Shown here one piece after another: positions 32,591 to 46,321 of a stretch of 64,000 nucleotides of DNA; the first letter of the stretch is position 1, and every line of letters begins with the position of its first letter. The notes beneath the pieces are model-generated. The model was not told where the DNA came from, did not search any database, and was given only the letters and a program-made list of their open reading frames with translations. The stretch is from NCBI RefSeq assembly GCF_009914755.1, contig NC_060940.1; one strand, 5' to 3'. A program made the translations under genes and the position numbers. Source of the stretch: the human T2T-CHM13v2.0 reference genome, Homo sapiens.

Positions 32591-34420
32591 CATAATATTA
32601 ACTCTGTCTTAGCCCCCACGCTAAATGCTGGGGGTAAAATAGACATAAATTCTGCCTACCAGGAGATCTGGCTCAGAAAGTAAACTATTTCATTCACTTA
32701 TTCATCTTTTGGTTCAGCTCATATTCAAGGAGAACAACAGAAGATCCAAATGCACAGCACATCAAGAAGTTCTCTGTCTTCATGGAGCTTACAACTATTG
32801 CAGGGAGGGGGAGCCCAGATCATCAACGAATGAACTAATAAATAGTTGCGGATGCTGATACCTGTTAGAAAGCACACCACCGGGCTGCCACAGCAGAGAA
32901 CAGCAGTTGATGCTGTCCCCCAAGGGAACGGAACACATCACCTTATAAGGTAGTGAGCTTCCCATGTTTGGAAGTACTTAATCAAAGGGTAGGTGACTGG
33001 CAGATAGTCCTGCCACTGTGAGAAGGCACTCAAGTTTGAGGGAAGCAGGCATTCATCAACCCGATTTCTTATAACATTCATTCCCACTGCAGGCAAGATG
33101 CAACATTCCCTGAACAAAGAAGAGAGATTCTGAAAGAAAGGATTTGGGTGAATGATTAGTATTCATGAAAACTGGGCCTATGCCAGGAAAGTATCAAGTC
33201 ATATATTATGGTTATTGTTGAAGGAGAAATAATAAAAGAGAAAGTATTGAAATGCTTGGTAGTGCGGAGGCTGGAGAAGGGGACACCAAAGTCATCCCAA
33301 GTAACGGCGAGGAAGGCGGAAAGTGCCGGGTTCAGGCCAAGTTCAGGCTCCACTGAGATTGTTATCATCGACTTGTCACTCAGCTCTGCAGAGCCCGGCC
33401 CACAGGAGAACCACCACGTCTCATTATTCTGTTCACACATTGGGTTCCAGTGCCCCTTCAGAGCAGACAGGGGAGGAGACACATCCAGGCTGGGCTGGAA
33501 ATCGTATAGGCACTTAAGGAACACTTCATCTTAAGAGGGGAACTGTTTTGCTTTTGTCAAACTGGTTAATTTGTCCCAAATGTTAAAAACCTCCCATGCT
33601 CTTGAAAGACCAGCCATCTACAGATTGCGTTCAAGCAGCCAGACCAGGGGAGAACTAAACCAAACACCTCCTCAGTCTCAACCCTGACTATGGGTCCAAC
33701 CAGCAAGTTCACATTGAGAAGAAATGAATGATTTTCACTGCAGTCTGAAGAAAAGCTGAGACATGAGTGGTGTCTGCGCAGGTGGGTCACTAAAGCTGCC
33801 GTAGAGAGACTTTCACGAGCACCCCATAAGAGATGCTTTGGGAGCTGAAACCCAGTCTCAGCCTATTTTGATTTTCTTTCAGAGTCTGATTGAATTTAAT
33901 TCATTTAAATTTCTGTAGCTGTGTTCTATAGAACATCAGGTGTCAACAGTTAGCTGGTTCTAGGGTAAAATATATCTGATTCAGCTCAATTTCAGTGTCC
34001 ACAACTTAGTAATAACATTCTCAGTTCACTTCTGACCTGAAGAATTGTCACATTTTGAATAACCCTTTCTGCAAAAAGGAAGAAAAGGAGGAGTGTGTTT
34101 TTCAAAGCTTTAAAGTCTGACAAATCTTCAAGATTTATTAAACCACACACACATACAGACACGCACACACTTGCTCCCATGAGCAAGCGTGCGTGCACAC
34201 ACACACACACAGCAGAGAGCCAAGAATTTTGCTACACTTTTGAGGTGTGCTTTCTCACGTGATCCTAATGACAACTCAGTAGGGTAGGGACTTAGAATAT
34301 TATCCTTCTCCATTTTATAGCTAAGAAAACCAAGGCTTTGGGGGTTAAACATGTTTCCCAAGTTCACACTGACAATCAGTAGTGGAGCCAGGAACTGAAC
34401 CCATTCATCTTCCTTAAGAA

Positions 34421-34638
34421 CAGCAGTTCTTAACCAGGACCAATTCTTCCACCAGGGAACATCTGGCAATGCCTAGACACATTTTTGGTTTTCACAACTG
34501 GGAAGGAGGTGTCCCTGTCATCTAGTGGATGGAGGCCAGGGATGCTGCTACACAACCTGCCATACTCAGGACAGCCCCCACCATAACACAGAATTATTGG
34601 ACTCTGAATATCAATAGTGCAGAGGCCGAGAAACCCTG
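34421..34638 (+). mobile_element. MER20 hAT DNA transposon
   Basis: CAGCAGTTCTTAACC...GGCAATGCCTAGACACATTTTTGG...GAGGCCAGGGATGCTGCTA...GAGAAACCCTG; 218 bp. Confidence 0.92.
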
Positions 34639-34829
34639 ATTTAGATCCTATGCTGTTAACCATCACCACTCCTCCTAGCTTTTCCGTTTTCATCTAAATT
34701 TTGTTTTTCTTAGCACAAAAGCCTCAAGGATATATTTCAATTCCATGGTACTATGTGTGGTTGTATAAAGTCACATCAAAAGCTTGCTGTCACCTGATGA
34801 GAAAAGTGCAACATGACAGTATTATGATA

Positions 34830-35125
34830 TTCTTTATCAGACAAGGTCTCACTCTGTTGCCCAGGCTGCAGTGCAGTGTCGTGATTATGGCTCACTGCAG
34901 CTTCGATGTCCTGGGTTCAAGCAATCCTCCCACCTCAGCCTCCCAGGTAGCTAGGACTACAGGCGTGCACTACCATGCATAGCTAATTTTTTTGTTTTGT
35001 GTAGACGGGTCTGCCTAGCTATTTTTTTTTTATTTTGTGTAGAGATGGGTCTCACTATGTTGCCCGGGCTGCTCTCAAACTCCGGGGCTCAAGCAGTCCT
35101 TCCATCTCAGCCACCATTCCCAGCC
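34830..35125 (-). mobile_element. AluJ SINE with internal duplication and deletion
   Basis: GGCTCACTGCAGCTTCG and GGGCTCAAGCAGTCC AluJ features; duplicated linker region. Confidence 0.92.
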
Positions 35126-35367
35126 TCATGACACTCTGACATGGACTTCTTTCTCCTATAAGTTTAGAACTGTGAGATGCTCGATTTCTCAGGGATAGCA
35201 GGCTCCTCGCTGTATTTTCTCTTATTATCCTAACAGCAACCATGTGAAGTGAGAAGCTACCCATTTTACAGCTGAGGCTTTGATTTGCTGAAGATTAACC
35301 AGCTAGAACATCCCAGAACTGACACTAGACAAGCCCTCTGATTCCAAGTCCTGCATACTTCCCTACA

Positions 35368-35545
35368 GCAGAAGTTCTCAAAGTTCAGTAAGAATTTGCA
35401 TCAACCACAGAGCTTGTTTTTAAAGCTCTGGCCCCACCCCCAGAGTTGTTTCAGAAGATCTGGAGTCTAGGAATTGACATTTTTGACAAGCTCCTCATGG
35501 AGTTTCGATGTAGTTGTCTCATGGACCACACTTTGAGGAATCCTG
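35368..35545. mobile_element. MER5A hAT DNA transposon
   Basis: GTTCTCAAAGT...GGCCCCACCCCCAGAG...CATTTTTGACAAGCTCC...GGACCACACTTTGAG. Confidence 0.75.
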
Positions 35546-36639
35546 CACTAAATAATGCTAGATATGAAATATATTTAATAACAAAAATATTTATAATATA
35601 AAAAAGTGTTTATTTAATAGTAAAAATGATCAATGAGAGATAAATGCATGCATGCCTATATACATAGAAAGGCAGCTTTTGAGGTCTCTAAAGAGTGCTG
35701 GAAAAAGTGGTGGCTTGAGCAGCATAGAAATGCAAGTTCCACCCCCAGCTTTGTCACCTTGAGCCTTGTGATCCCTCTTGAGCATCCTCCGTGGCCTCTC
35801 AAGCCGCTATCCTTTCATCGTTTGCTATTCATTATTCAAGCAGAACCAAAATTATCTGCTTTTTAGAATAGTGTCAGCATTAGCTATTCATGTATGGAAT
35901 GTACTTAATACAGCACAAAGAACCACTAGACCATACTCAAAAAACACTCTGTTGTTGCTGTTTTCGGTTAATGTTTGAATCGAATCCTTTCCGCAGTGCA
36001 GCCGTGTTTCCCCTCTGGCAGAGTGAAGTGCCCCCGTAATCCTGCAGTCCCATGAGATGGAAGGCCGTCCCCCCTCACGCATTCCCCCTGAGCACTGAAC
36101 CAGAATAAGCAGTATCGCAAAAGCATCTGAAATATTTTTAAATTTATAAACACGCCCAGAGCAAGAGCCTGTCTTCCCGGCTCTGGTGAGAACACCAGCA
36201 GCCTCCTTTGTCTTTGTTTCATTTTATCTGACTGGGCAACACATCTATGAAAGAACGGAAAGAGAGATGTCAAAAAGTGGTCAGATGATCGCAATTAGAG
36301 TTCTTGTTGTAATTATGTGATGATTTCTGTCTGTAATTCCTACTTGAGTCGAACGCATTCAGCCCCATTGGAGGATGAGAGTTCTTGTCACAGACTTTGC
36401 ACAGGTCAGGCAGGCGCAGTGTGGAATGCAGGGATGCACCAGGCCTGGCTCCTGCTGCAGGGCCACTCAGTTTAGCAAGACAGGAATCACGTTTATCCCA
36501 GCACGTGTTCACTGAGGTCCTGTTCTGGGCCAGGCATGCGCAGAATGTGTGGTATGTAGTGGTGACAATGCAGATGTGGCCTTGTCCTCAAGAGGCAAAA
36601 GTCGAGTGTGGTGTCAAAATCACTTGGGGAGATGAGGAC

Positions 36640-37022
36640 ATCCTACAGGGTACCCAGTGTGTACTCCTTAAGACTGTCAAGGTCATAAAAAACAAGGAAA
36701 GACTGAGAAACTGTCACAGATCAAAGGAGACTAGAAAGGCATGATGACTTAACGCAATATGGCACTCTGGATTGTTTCCTGGAATGGAAAGACAACATTA
36801 ACAGGAAAACTAGTTAAGTCTGAAATTTAGTTAACAGTACGGTACCAATGCCAGTTTCTTCATTTTGACAAATGTACCACTGTGAGTGTTTTAGTTTGCA
36901 GGAACTGATAGACACATTCAATGTTAGCTATGGGGGGAACAATGTGGAGTGTAAGGACACTCTCTGGCATCTTTGTAACTCTTCTGTAAATCTAAAACCA
37001 TTCCAATAAAAAGTGTATTTTT
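36640..37022 (+). mobile_element. L1MC-type 3' end fragment
   Basis: CTGTCAAGGTCATAAAAAACAAGGAAAGACTGAGAAACTGTCACAGA, ends CTGTAAATCTAAAACCATTCCAATAAAA. Confidence 0.8.
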
Positions 37023-37023
37023 A

Positions 37024-37222
37024 AAGTGGGCAAAGAATAGAAACAGACATTTCTCAAAAGACAACATACAAGCAGCCAACAAACATATGAAAAACTGTTC
37101 AACATCAGTCATCATCAGATAAATGCACACTAAAACCACAATGAGAAACCATCTCACCTCAGTCAAAATGGTGAATATAAAAAGTCAAAAAAACAACAGA
37201 TGTTGGTAAGGATGCCGAGGAG
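37024..37222 (+). mobile_element. Internal L1 ORF2 fragment (old L1P-like), no 3'UTR or tail
   Basis: AAGTGGGCAAAG...CAGACATTTCTCAAAAGA...AAAACCACAATGAGA...AAAAAGTCAAAAAAACAACAGATGTTGG. Confidence 0.85.
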
Positions 37223-37734
37223 TAATTACCAAAAATAGGGAAGTAGGAGGAATTGCTGGTTTGGAGAATACGTCTTGAATCGGTTACTGGACAAGGGAAG
37301 GAGTGAAATCTGCGACCTGGTTTGCTTCTGCCAGCTGCAGCCATTCCTTCAAGAAATATTTTATCAAGAGCCTCTTTTAGAAATTGGGAGACAAAGTCTT
37401 TGCTCTTTTGGAGCATAGACTCATGTAGGGAATCAAACATTATGCAAATAAATGAATATCTACTATAATGCCGGGCTGTTTCTAGAAAGAAAAAGAATAA
37501 ATGTTGAATTGCAGAAGAGCAAGTTGGTAGCCATGCAGAGAGATTTGCTGTCACAATGAACTTTTTCCTTTTGATTCAGGTCATCAAACTTTGCAAAATA
37601 TAGGAGAAAGAAAATCTAATTACTTTGAAGATGCTCTGTGAATTAACTAGGGAGGGTTTGGACCATGAGGGGTTCATCTTCTGATGAGCAAGAACCATGG
37701 AGAGCAGCCTGGATGGCCGACTGGACAAAGAAAG

Positions 37735-37915
37735 ACCCAGATTAGAGTCTCAGCAACTGTGCTGTGTGACCCTGTGCAAGTTACTAAACTTCTCTGAGCC
37801 ACAAGGGCTTTATCTGTAGAAAAGATATATTAATGCTTCTTTGAAAGTTTGTGCTGGAGATTGGAATACATCAACAAACTGTTAGCACAGGTCTTCATGT
37901 AGGTCATCATACAAA
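37735..37915 (+). mobile_element. MIR SINE
   Basis: GCTGTGTGACCCTGTGCAAGTTACTAAACTTCTCTGAGCC core. Confidence 0.7.
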
Positions 37916-38391
37916 TGTTCAAAAAAGGTAGAAATTTTTCTCCTGGGTAATGCATCTGAAAATTCAGACAGCATTGTCTACTCTTTCTCCTGACAATCTA
38001 GGTTGAATTGCATGGATGGAGATGATTCACATCAATAGTGTCATCCCAAAGAAGCTATTTCTTCTTGCTATCTCGTCCCATAAAAAGCCCTGATTCCTGT
38101 CTTTGCTACTGTCTGATTGTCCCATTCTTCCTTCGATCCTACAAGCAAGACTACATGTTTCTACTAAATTTCTTTTTGCTAATTACTCAGAGAAGTAGCT
38201 TGCATCTAAAAATCTTTAACAGATTCAGTTAATATTGTTAACATTATGAGCAGTGTTTGTATCCCTAATTGCTATTATTAACATTATTATGTATTCTTTT
38301 TATACTTAGTGGTAGTAGTGTTAACATCTTTCTTAGTGCTGTGAAAGTCTTAACTGGGCCCTAAGTTTGGGGTTGATAGAGAATGGGATTG

Positions 38392-38695
<304 letters not shown>

Positions 38696-39352
38696 TTAAT
38701 AGATACTAGATTTTCTCACAAATTCTTGATAGTTGAGAAAATACCATATGCTTTGTGTGAAATGCACAAGACACTTCACCAAGATCTTGGCCTAGAGAAG
38801 GAGAGAAGCTTCAACTATTTTCTTAGCATGAACAACAGTTGCTGAGGTATTTCTGGACTTTGGATGCCCATCTTAGAAGGATATAAATGGGAACTCAAAC
38901 CCCAGAGATGCAAGGGTGCTAAGCCTGGAAGGGGCTGTGGAGATCAATTAAATATCCCGTTTTCTGAAACAGGAGTTGCCACAGTCTCCACTCCATGCCA
39001 ACATTTGATTACATTGCATCCTACTGCTGTGCAAAGTTTCTTGGAAGTTATTATAGTAGAATAAACACAAACATACATGGATTTTTGTGGTCTCTTGTTT
39101 ATCCTTAAGAAATTTCCTTCTTAAAAACAGCTGGCTTGGGTCCCATCTCCTGTTGTTCAGAGTTGACTCCAATACATTTTACAGATGGGAACACTGAGGC
39201 CCAGATAGTGGAGATTTTTGACCAGGCTCACATAGTGAGCAAGTGTCAGGGACAACCCTGGAATCACGTCTCCCTCCTACTTTCTCAACACAGAGAAAGT
39301 AGAAAGAAAAGAAAAAGTTATGGTGGCTTTGGTTTTCTTTTGTTTTAAATGA

Positions 39353-39705
<353 letters not shown>

Positions 39706-40027
39706 TATTCTTGGGTTTTGGGATCTGCAATTCTGAGAAGGTAGATTCATACTGTGAGTTTTGTTTTTCTCCAGAATGTGGCTCTCTCCAATCAAATCCC
39801 CACCCATGAATGAGGAAGGCATGGATGGGACAGCCCAAGCTTAATGCAAACTGAAACTACCTCCTGTTTATCTAGCCCTGATGGTTTGTTAGGCATATTT
39901 GAAGATTCTGTCACTTATAAAAGTCGTGAAATGAATTTTGGTAGTAGAAATCTACATATTTTTCTTTTAATTGTTAAATATTGAGAATAACTCCTGGTAG
40001 CACACTGATCTATTTCCTTTATGCTTT

Positions 40028-40347
40028 TTTATATTTTTATTTTCCTCACACCCCACCCCACCATGATAAAGAGTCTTGCCCTGTAGCCCAGGCTGAAGTG
40101 CAGTGGTGCAATCCCGGCTCACTGCAACCTCTACCTCCCAGGTTCAAGCAATTCTCCTGCCTAAGCCTCCTAAGTAGCTGGGATTACAGGGGCGTGCGCC
40201 ACCACACTCCGCTGATTTTGTATGTTTTAGTAGAGATGGGTTTTTGCCATGTTGGCCAGGCTGGTCTCCAACTCCTGACCCCAGGTGATCCGCATGCCTT
40301 GGCCTCCCAAAGTGCTGGGATTACAGGCATGAGCCACCGCACCCGAC
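40028..40347 (-). mobile_element. Alu SINE (AluS)
   Basis: Antisense Alu; TSD CCTTTATGCTTT at 40016-40027 and 40348-40359. Confidence 0.96.
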
Positions 40348-41932
40348 CCTTTATGCTTTATTATGTGCATTTGAAATCACTTTCATTGTATGCAAACATT
40401 TTCTCTTAAATTTTGCATTTAATAATTCCTAAGAACTTAGTAATGTTGTTATGAACTCTTCATATATGTCACTCAGGAGAGCTATGTAATTTTTGTCCAC
40501 CAACAATCATTTAACTATCCCCTTGTTTTGGGTAATTTGGAACGTTTTCCCATGTTTTGCTGGTTAATAATAATATATCAATATGAGCATCTTTTTTGGT
40601 AACCCTTTAGCTAGCAGATGGATGAGATGGCATATCAGACTCCCCATTATGTTTGAATGTGACTAGTTTATTCTTGTCAGGCTTTAGGGAATTTCATTGA
40701 AGGAAAAAATCTTTGTCAATATTATAAAACATATAGCTTACTTATGTTTACTTATGAAGTTGAATTTGGGTCCACGTTTTTCAACCAGTTATATTTCTTC
40801 TTTGGTGAAATACCTTTATATTCCTTATGCCCTTCCATTTTCCAAGGTCCTTCTTTAATCCTCCTTCTCCTATTAGGGATTTAACATTGTTTACTCCACA
40901 TAAAGTAATCCCTCTCCTTTCCTACAGCCTTGAATTCTGTGAAGATCAAAGACACATGGCAATGATTTATGTACGGCTATACTAAAGCACTTGGGTATGA
41001 AAATTCTCTCTCCAGCTAGAGAGGAAGCACCATGCTTTTCTCCTCATACACCGTACAGGTTCCATCATTGTTGAAGGGACAGGAGGAGAGATGGACAGGC
41101 CCAGTTCCCTCTGTCATCTCACCATAACGTGGTTGGGAATCACAGCAGAAAACAGTGACAGGAGACCTTGGCCTTTCATCTGAGTACCTGCTCCCCACTC
41201 TATAATTCTGCCTCAATTGACTCAGCTCCTCGTTTTCTCTCTACCTCACAAGCCATCATGGCACCTACACCATTTCTCTACAAACTATAGACAGGACAAA
41301 GCCAACCTTTGCACAGTACAGCGAAGGCTTTGTGGAGGTAGGATTAAGTCATTGATAAAAATCTAAGATGTACTTTTTAGATTAGCTAACTTTTAAATGA
41401 TGCCAGATTTCCAACATAAAGGGCTATCCCGTGGTAAACCGCAGTTAAGAAAATATCACACTTAAAACAAAGCCGGAAGCTCATAAACTGATAACTCCAG
41501 CTGCCAGTATTTCCAACGACCTTGGGAGGTCTCAGGTACTGAAGAAATCCATGACTGAGGCTTTCTGCCACCATTTCTTTATGATACCTGACCAATAAGG
41601 AGAGGGTAATCTTATTTCCAGATTATGTTAATGAAAAAATGAGGATTAATACGCTAAGCTGCTCCTAGATGTGGAAAGAGTAATGATTCCAGCCAGTTGT
41701 TTTTAATTAATCTCTTGTGTTCTTGGCTTATCTGGTCCCAGAAAATGAAAGCCATGAATTTTACAATACGTGTGCCAGATCACATGTGTAATTCAGTGGA
41801 AAACCCCTACACAATAAAGAAGGAAGCTTTACAATGAATAGTAGTTCCCTGGGTCCTAGGAAAACTTGAACAACATTTTGCAAGCTAAAGAATTCCTCCT
41901 TCTATAACCCACTTCACTCTGAAACATCAGAG

Positions 41933-42236
41933 TTTTTTGTTTTTTGTTTTTTTTGAAATGGAGTCTCACTCGGTCTCCCAGGCTGGGGTGCAGTGGCACA
42001 GTCTCGGCTCGCCGCAACCTCCACCTCCTGGGTTCAGGCAATTCTCCTGCCTCAGGCTCCCGAGTATCTGGGGTAACAGGCTCCCACCACCAGGCCTGGC
42101 TGATTTTTGTATTTTTATTAGAGACAGAGCTTCACCATTTTGGCCAGGCTGGTCTTGAACTCTCGACCTCAGGTAAACCGCCTGCCTCAGCTTCCCAAAG
42201 TGCTGAGATTACAGGCATGAGCCATCACACCCAGCC
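41933..42236 (-). mobile_element. Alu SINE (AluS)
   Basis: T-rich tail then antisense Alu; short TSD AGAGT. Confidence 0.97.
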
Positions 42237-42411
42237 AGAGTGTATCTCACTGTTACCTGAAATTATCCAAAGTTGTAGATGATCAAAGGACTGGGGATAC
42301 AGGGTATGCTGAACCCGTTTGCTTTCAGAAGAGGTGTGTACATTAAGGAGAGTAAAACTTTATGTTTGCGAGCCATCACTCCAAAGACCAGCACGTCGGG
42401 ATTTATATCGA

Positions 42412-42445
42412 GTGTGTGTGCATGTGTGTGTGTGTGTGTGTGTGT
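42412..42445. repeat. (TG)n microsatellite, interrupted
   Basis: Direct reading. Confidence 0.9.
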
Positions 42446-43198
42446 CTCTGTTGGAGGTGAGGGAAATCAAGGACAGGAGCTTTGACTTACTTGGGTTCAA
42501 TGTTAAACACAGTGGGAGAGACAATCACTATTCCACCATCTATTTCAATATGATCACAAAATTTACTCTAATGTGCTCTATGCAAGTCATTCTTTGTTTT
42601 TACTTTTTAAGATGGAGATATGTGTTTTGCCTTTATGTACAGAAAGATTAGAGCAGATGGGTGATATGTATGTGTGCATGCACATATGTGTGTGTATGTA
42701 GAACTTAACATTCATTAAACACTAGTGCCCCCAAATCACACACTATAAACATCTCTTCATCAGAGGCTTATGCATTAGATGTAATCCTCATCTGTGAAGT
42801 GGAAATGATGATGTCAGCAATTAAAAATTAAGCAACTTTCCCAAGGAGTGGGAATACTAGGATGTGAACTCAACTTTTCCAGGATACCAGGATACATGAG
42901 TCCACACCCTGCATCCAAAATTAATAATGATCCCTCTAATGTGTAGACAGTTTTAAGGGTTTATAATATGCTTTTCCATGTATTATCTCATATAGCATTC
43001 TCAGCAAAATTATGAACTTATTACCCTGTTTTAGAGAGGAAGAGATTGAGGCTCAGAAAAGTGACATTTTATTCAGGGAGGTAACTGTGGGTAACATAGA
43101 AGCAAACTTAGCAAAAGAGTAATCTGTAAGTATGGAAATCTAATCAAATCATGCTTCTCTTTAACACCTATGGTTCTTAGGATAACACTTCAACTTTT

Positions 43199-43330
43199 AG
43201 CCAGGTTCAGTGGCAAGTGTCTGCAATTCCAGCTACATGGGAGGAGGCAGGAGGATAGCTTGAGTCCAGGAGTTCAAGACTAGCCTGGGTAACAGAGCAA
43301 GACACCATCTTAAAAGCAAACAAAACAAAA
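43199..43330 (+). mobile_element. FLAM-type Alu monomer
   Basis: Single arm GCCAGGTTCAGTGGC...CCAGCTAC...GGATAGCTTGAGTCCAGGAGTTCAAGAC followed by (CAAAA)n tail. Confidence 0.88.
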
Positions 43331-44242
43331 CAACTCAACTTCTTAATGTAGCAGCTAAAGCCTGGGATAACCCAGACTCCCCACACACTCTTCCATCTTC
43401 TCAGCCTCAAGACTCCATTCCAGCTCCTGGAGAACTCTTTAGTTTCTCTATATAATGATGATAGCTCTAAGCATTGGCCTTCCTACTTGCACTCTTTCTT
43501 TCTGGAACAATCCTATTCCTACCACACCTCTTCCTATTTCCATTTGGATGACATCCATACTTCTTGGTTCTCTCAACGTATATGTCATTCCTTTCTCTGA
43601 AACACAACTGTGGGCTAGACGCCCCTCCTCTGTGCCCCTTTAGCCCTTGCTCTTCCCCAACCCAGCACTTTATGTGCTGTGTTATGATGAACTCAGCTTC
43701 TTTCAATACAAATTTTTATTTTTCAGGAAGACAGGAGCTATGATATCCCTCTAGCCATACAGGGTTGGTCCACAAGGAACATGCCACATTCATTTGACTA
43801 CCTTGGAGTTTCTATTTCTTTCTCAGATAGGAAGATGGAAAGAAGGCCTGAGAAAGTTAAGCAGGACTTTTGCGGTGAGGTAAGGCTAGACTCTGATCAT
43901 AAGTGGTGGGTTGAATTTGCAGAGGGGAGGGGAGAGGAAGACACCCCGAATTTGGGAAACAGCATCAGATCCTATTGAGCATGACACTTTAACGGAACAA
44001 AGAAGAACTTGGACAGGCTGAAGAGGAAGCTGTGCATTAGTAAGGAAGGACAGCAATAGCAAGACCTGGCATTTATTGAGCACTTACTGTTTGCCAGTCA
44101 CTATTTCTAGAACTGTGCATGTATTAACATCCCACAGCAACTCAATGGAAAGTAAACAACTCAAGATCCAACAGCTAGCTATATAGAGGCAGAGCTATGA
44201 TTCCAACTCATTTCTTCCGTGGTTAAAACCCATGATGTTTCT

Positions 44243-44658
<416 letters not shown>

Positions 44659-44954
44659 TCAAAGACATGCCATCAACACAAGTACAATGCTATGGAAAAA
44701 TTCTGAGCAGGAATCAGTAGGTATGATTGAAATTAATGCTTTTGGGATATTTCTCTGGTACCATGATGAAGGAAAGAAATAGACAGGAAGAGAATGGCAA
44801 GCTGGGGGTGGGGGAAATAATGAGCTTTTGAAGTGGTTCATAATGGAAAATAAAAGAAAAGCAATGGTTAAAGAGGAATTTGGAAGGAAAAAAAAAAAAA
44901 AATAGCAAAACAGTCGAGTAATTCAGTTTGCTTTCCTGAAGAAACATCCTGGGA

Positions 44955-45173
44955 AGAGACGTGCTGGTAAATTTTTCATAACTGGCTCTAAATGGGAGAC
45001 CTGCTCGGTAGGGTCATGGTGTAAATACTTTGCCTATGGCTGCTTGCCATGGTGTAAATATTCTCAGCATGACTGATTTCAAGTTAGTAACATGGCATCT
45101 TTGAGCTCAGAGCTGAGAAAAGAGTACAATGAATTCCTGAAAGCTAGTAGGAGCTGGTGCCAGGACACCAGTG
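44955..45173 (-). mobile_element. MER63A-like hAT DNA transposon
   Basis: GTGCTGGTAAAT, GGTGTAAATA, GATTTCAAG, CCAGGACACCAGTG; terminal inverted-repeat remnants. Confidence 0.7.
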
Positions 45174-45324
45174 GCCCTGAAACACAGAGGGCCCAAGTTG
45201 AAAGTTAAAATGTCCTGGGGACTGGAAATGCCCTGCTCAACCCTGATATGCAGCAATCTTTATCAGGTCCACAGGAAGTGATGGACGGAGCTAAGATAGA
45301 GGATGACTAATCCATGTGGCAGCT

Positions 45325-45550
45325 TCCACTTAATCAAGTGACTCCCGTGACTGGGCACTGTGCTGGGCAGTGCAGACACAAGTATAGTCTCATTTAATCC
45401 TCAAACCACTCTGGGAGGTAGGTATTAGCTTTTCAAAGATGAGAAAACAGAGGCTTTGAGAGGTTAGTTTATGTGCTCAAGATCCCACAGCAAGTAGGTA
45501 AAATGGAGAAGAGATTAAACATAGGCGTACCTAACACCAAAACGCTACAC
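45325..45550 (-). mobile_element. MIR SINE
   Basis: TCTCATTTAATCCTCA, GGAGGTAGGTATTA, AGATGAGAAAACAGAGGCT. Confidence 0.75.
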
Positions 45551-46321
45551 TCTACTTCTTCTCAGTGACTCTTCCCATCAAACAAGAGACAAGGGCTGTG
45601 AGAGCCAAGTGGGAGGAGAAAATCAAAGATTGCCTCCCACAATATAAACCAAACCCACATGTACCGTATATGCTGAAAATTCCTAATTCATGCCAAACAG
45701 CAATGCTAGAGACCCTATCTCCACCTCCACACCAGATTTTTAATGTGATTTTCTTACAAACTTTTCCCTAGATTCCTGAAGAAAATGATAAAGCAATGTG
45801 AAAATGAACTATATCTATTTTGCAATAAATTAGCAGCATTCTGTATCTGTACATTGGACACATATCTAAGACAGAAATACAACTCCTGGCCCAAGTTCCC
45901 CACTTCTCAATCCTGCACGACTTATCCCTTAGTCACTTAATATTGCCTACACTGAATGTTCCTGGACCTAACAGCCTGAGGAGAGAATAAGGTTTCATGT
46001 TTAATATGGATAGCACCATCATTCTCAGCCAGCACACAAGCCATGATAAGATGACATTTACAGTGATGATAAATTTGCAGAACCATCAAAAGACAGTGCC
46101 TTGTCCATGCCATTACTTCTTTTAGTAGTGAGGGAGAAAGCTATTTTCTGGTAAAGACCAACAGTTTCAGATTAACGTAGGCTAGGAGTTGAGATGTCTA
46201 ATTTGGAAAGAGAAGAAAAGAACACCAAACTTACTATTGAAAAAATATTAATAGAAAGCCAAAATAAGGGGCAAACAGTTCAAAATCATAGGAACTCTTA
46301 CAATTCAAACTGAGTCTTCCT

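Noticed and set aside
33156-33534. Overlapping ORFs and mild CpG enrichment as a promoter, exon or CTCF site
   Set aside because: Too short and CpG-poor for an island, no protein similarity, and only poor matches to the CTCF consensus
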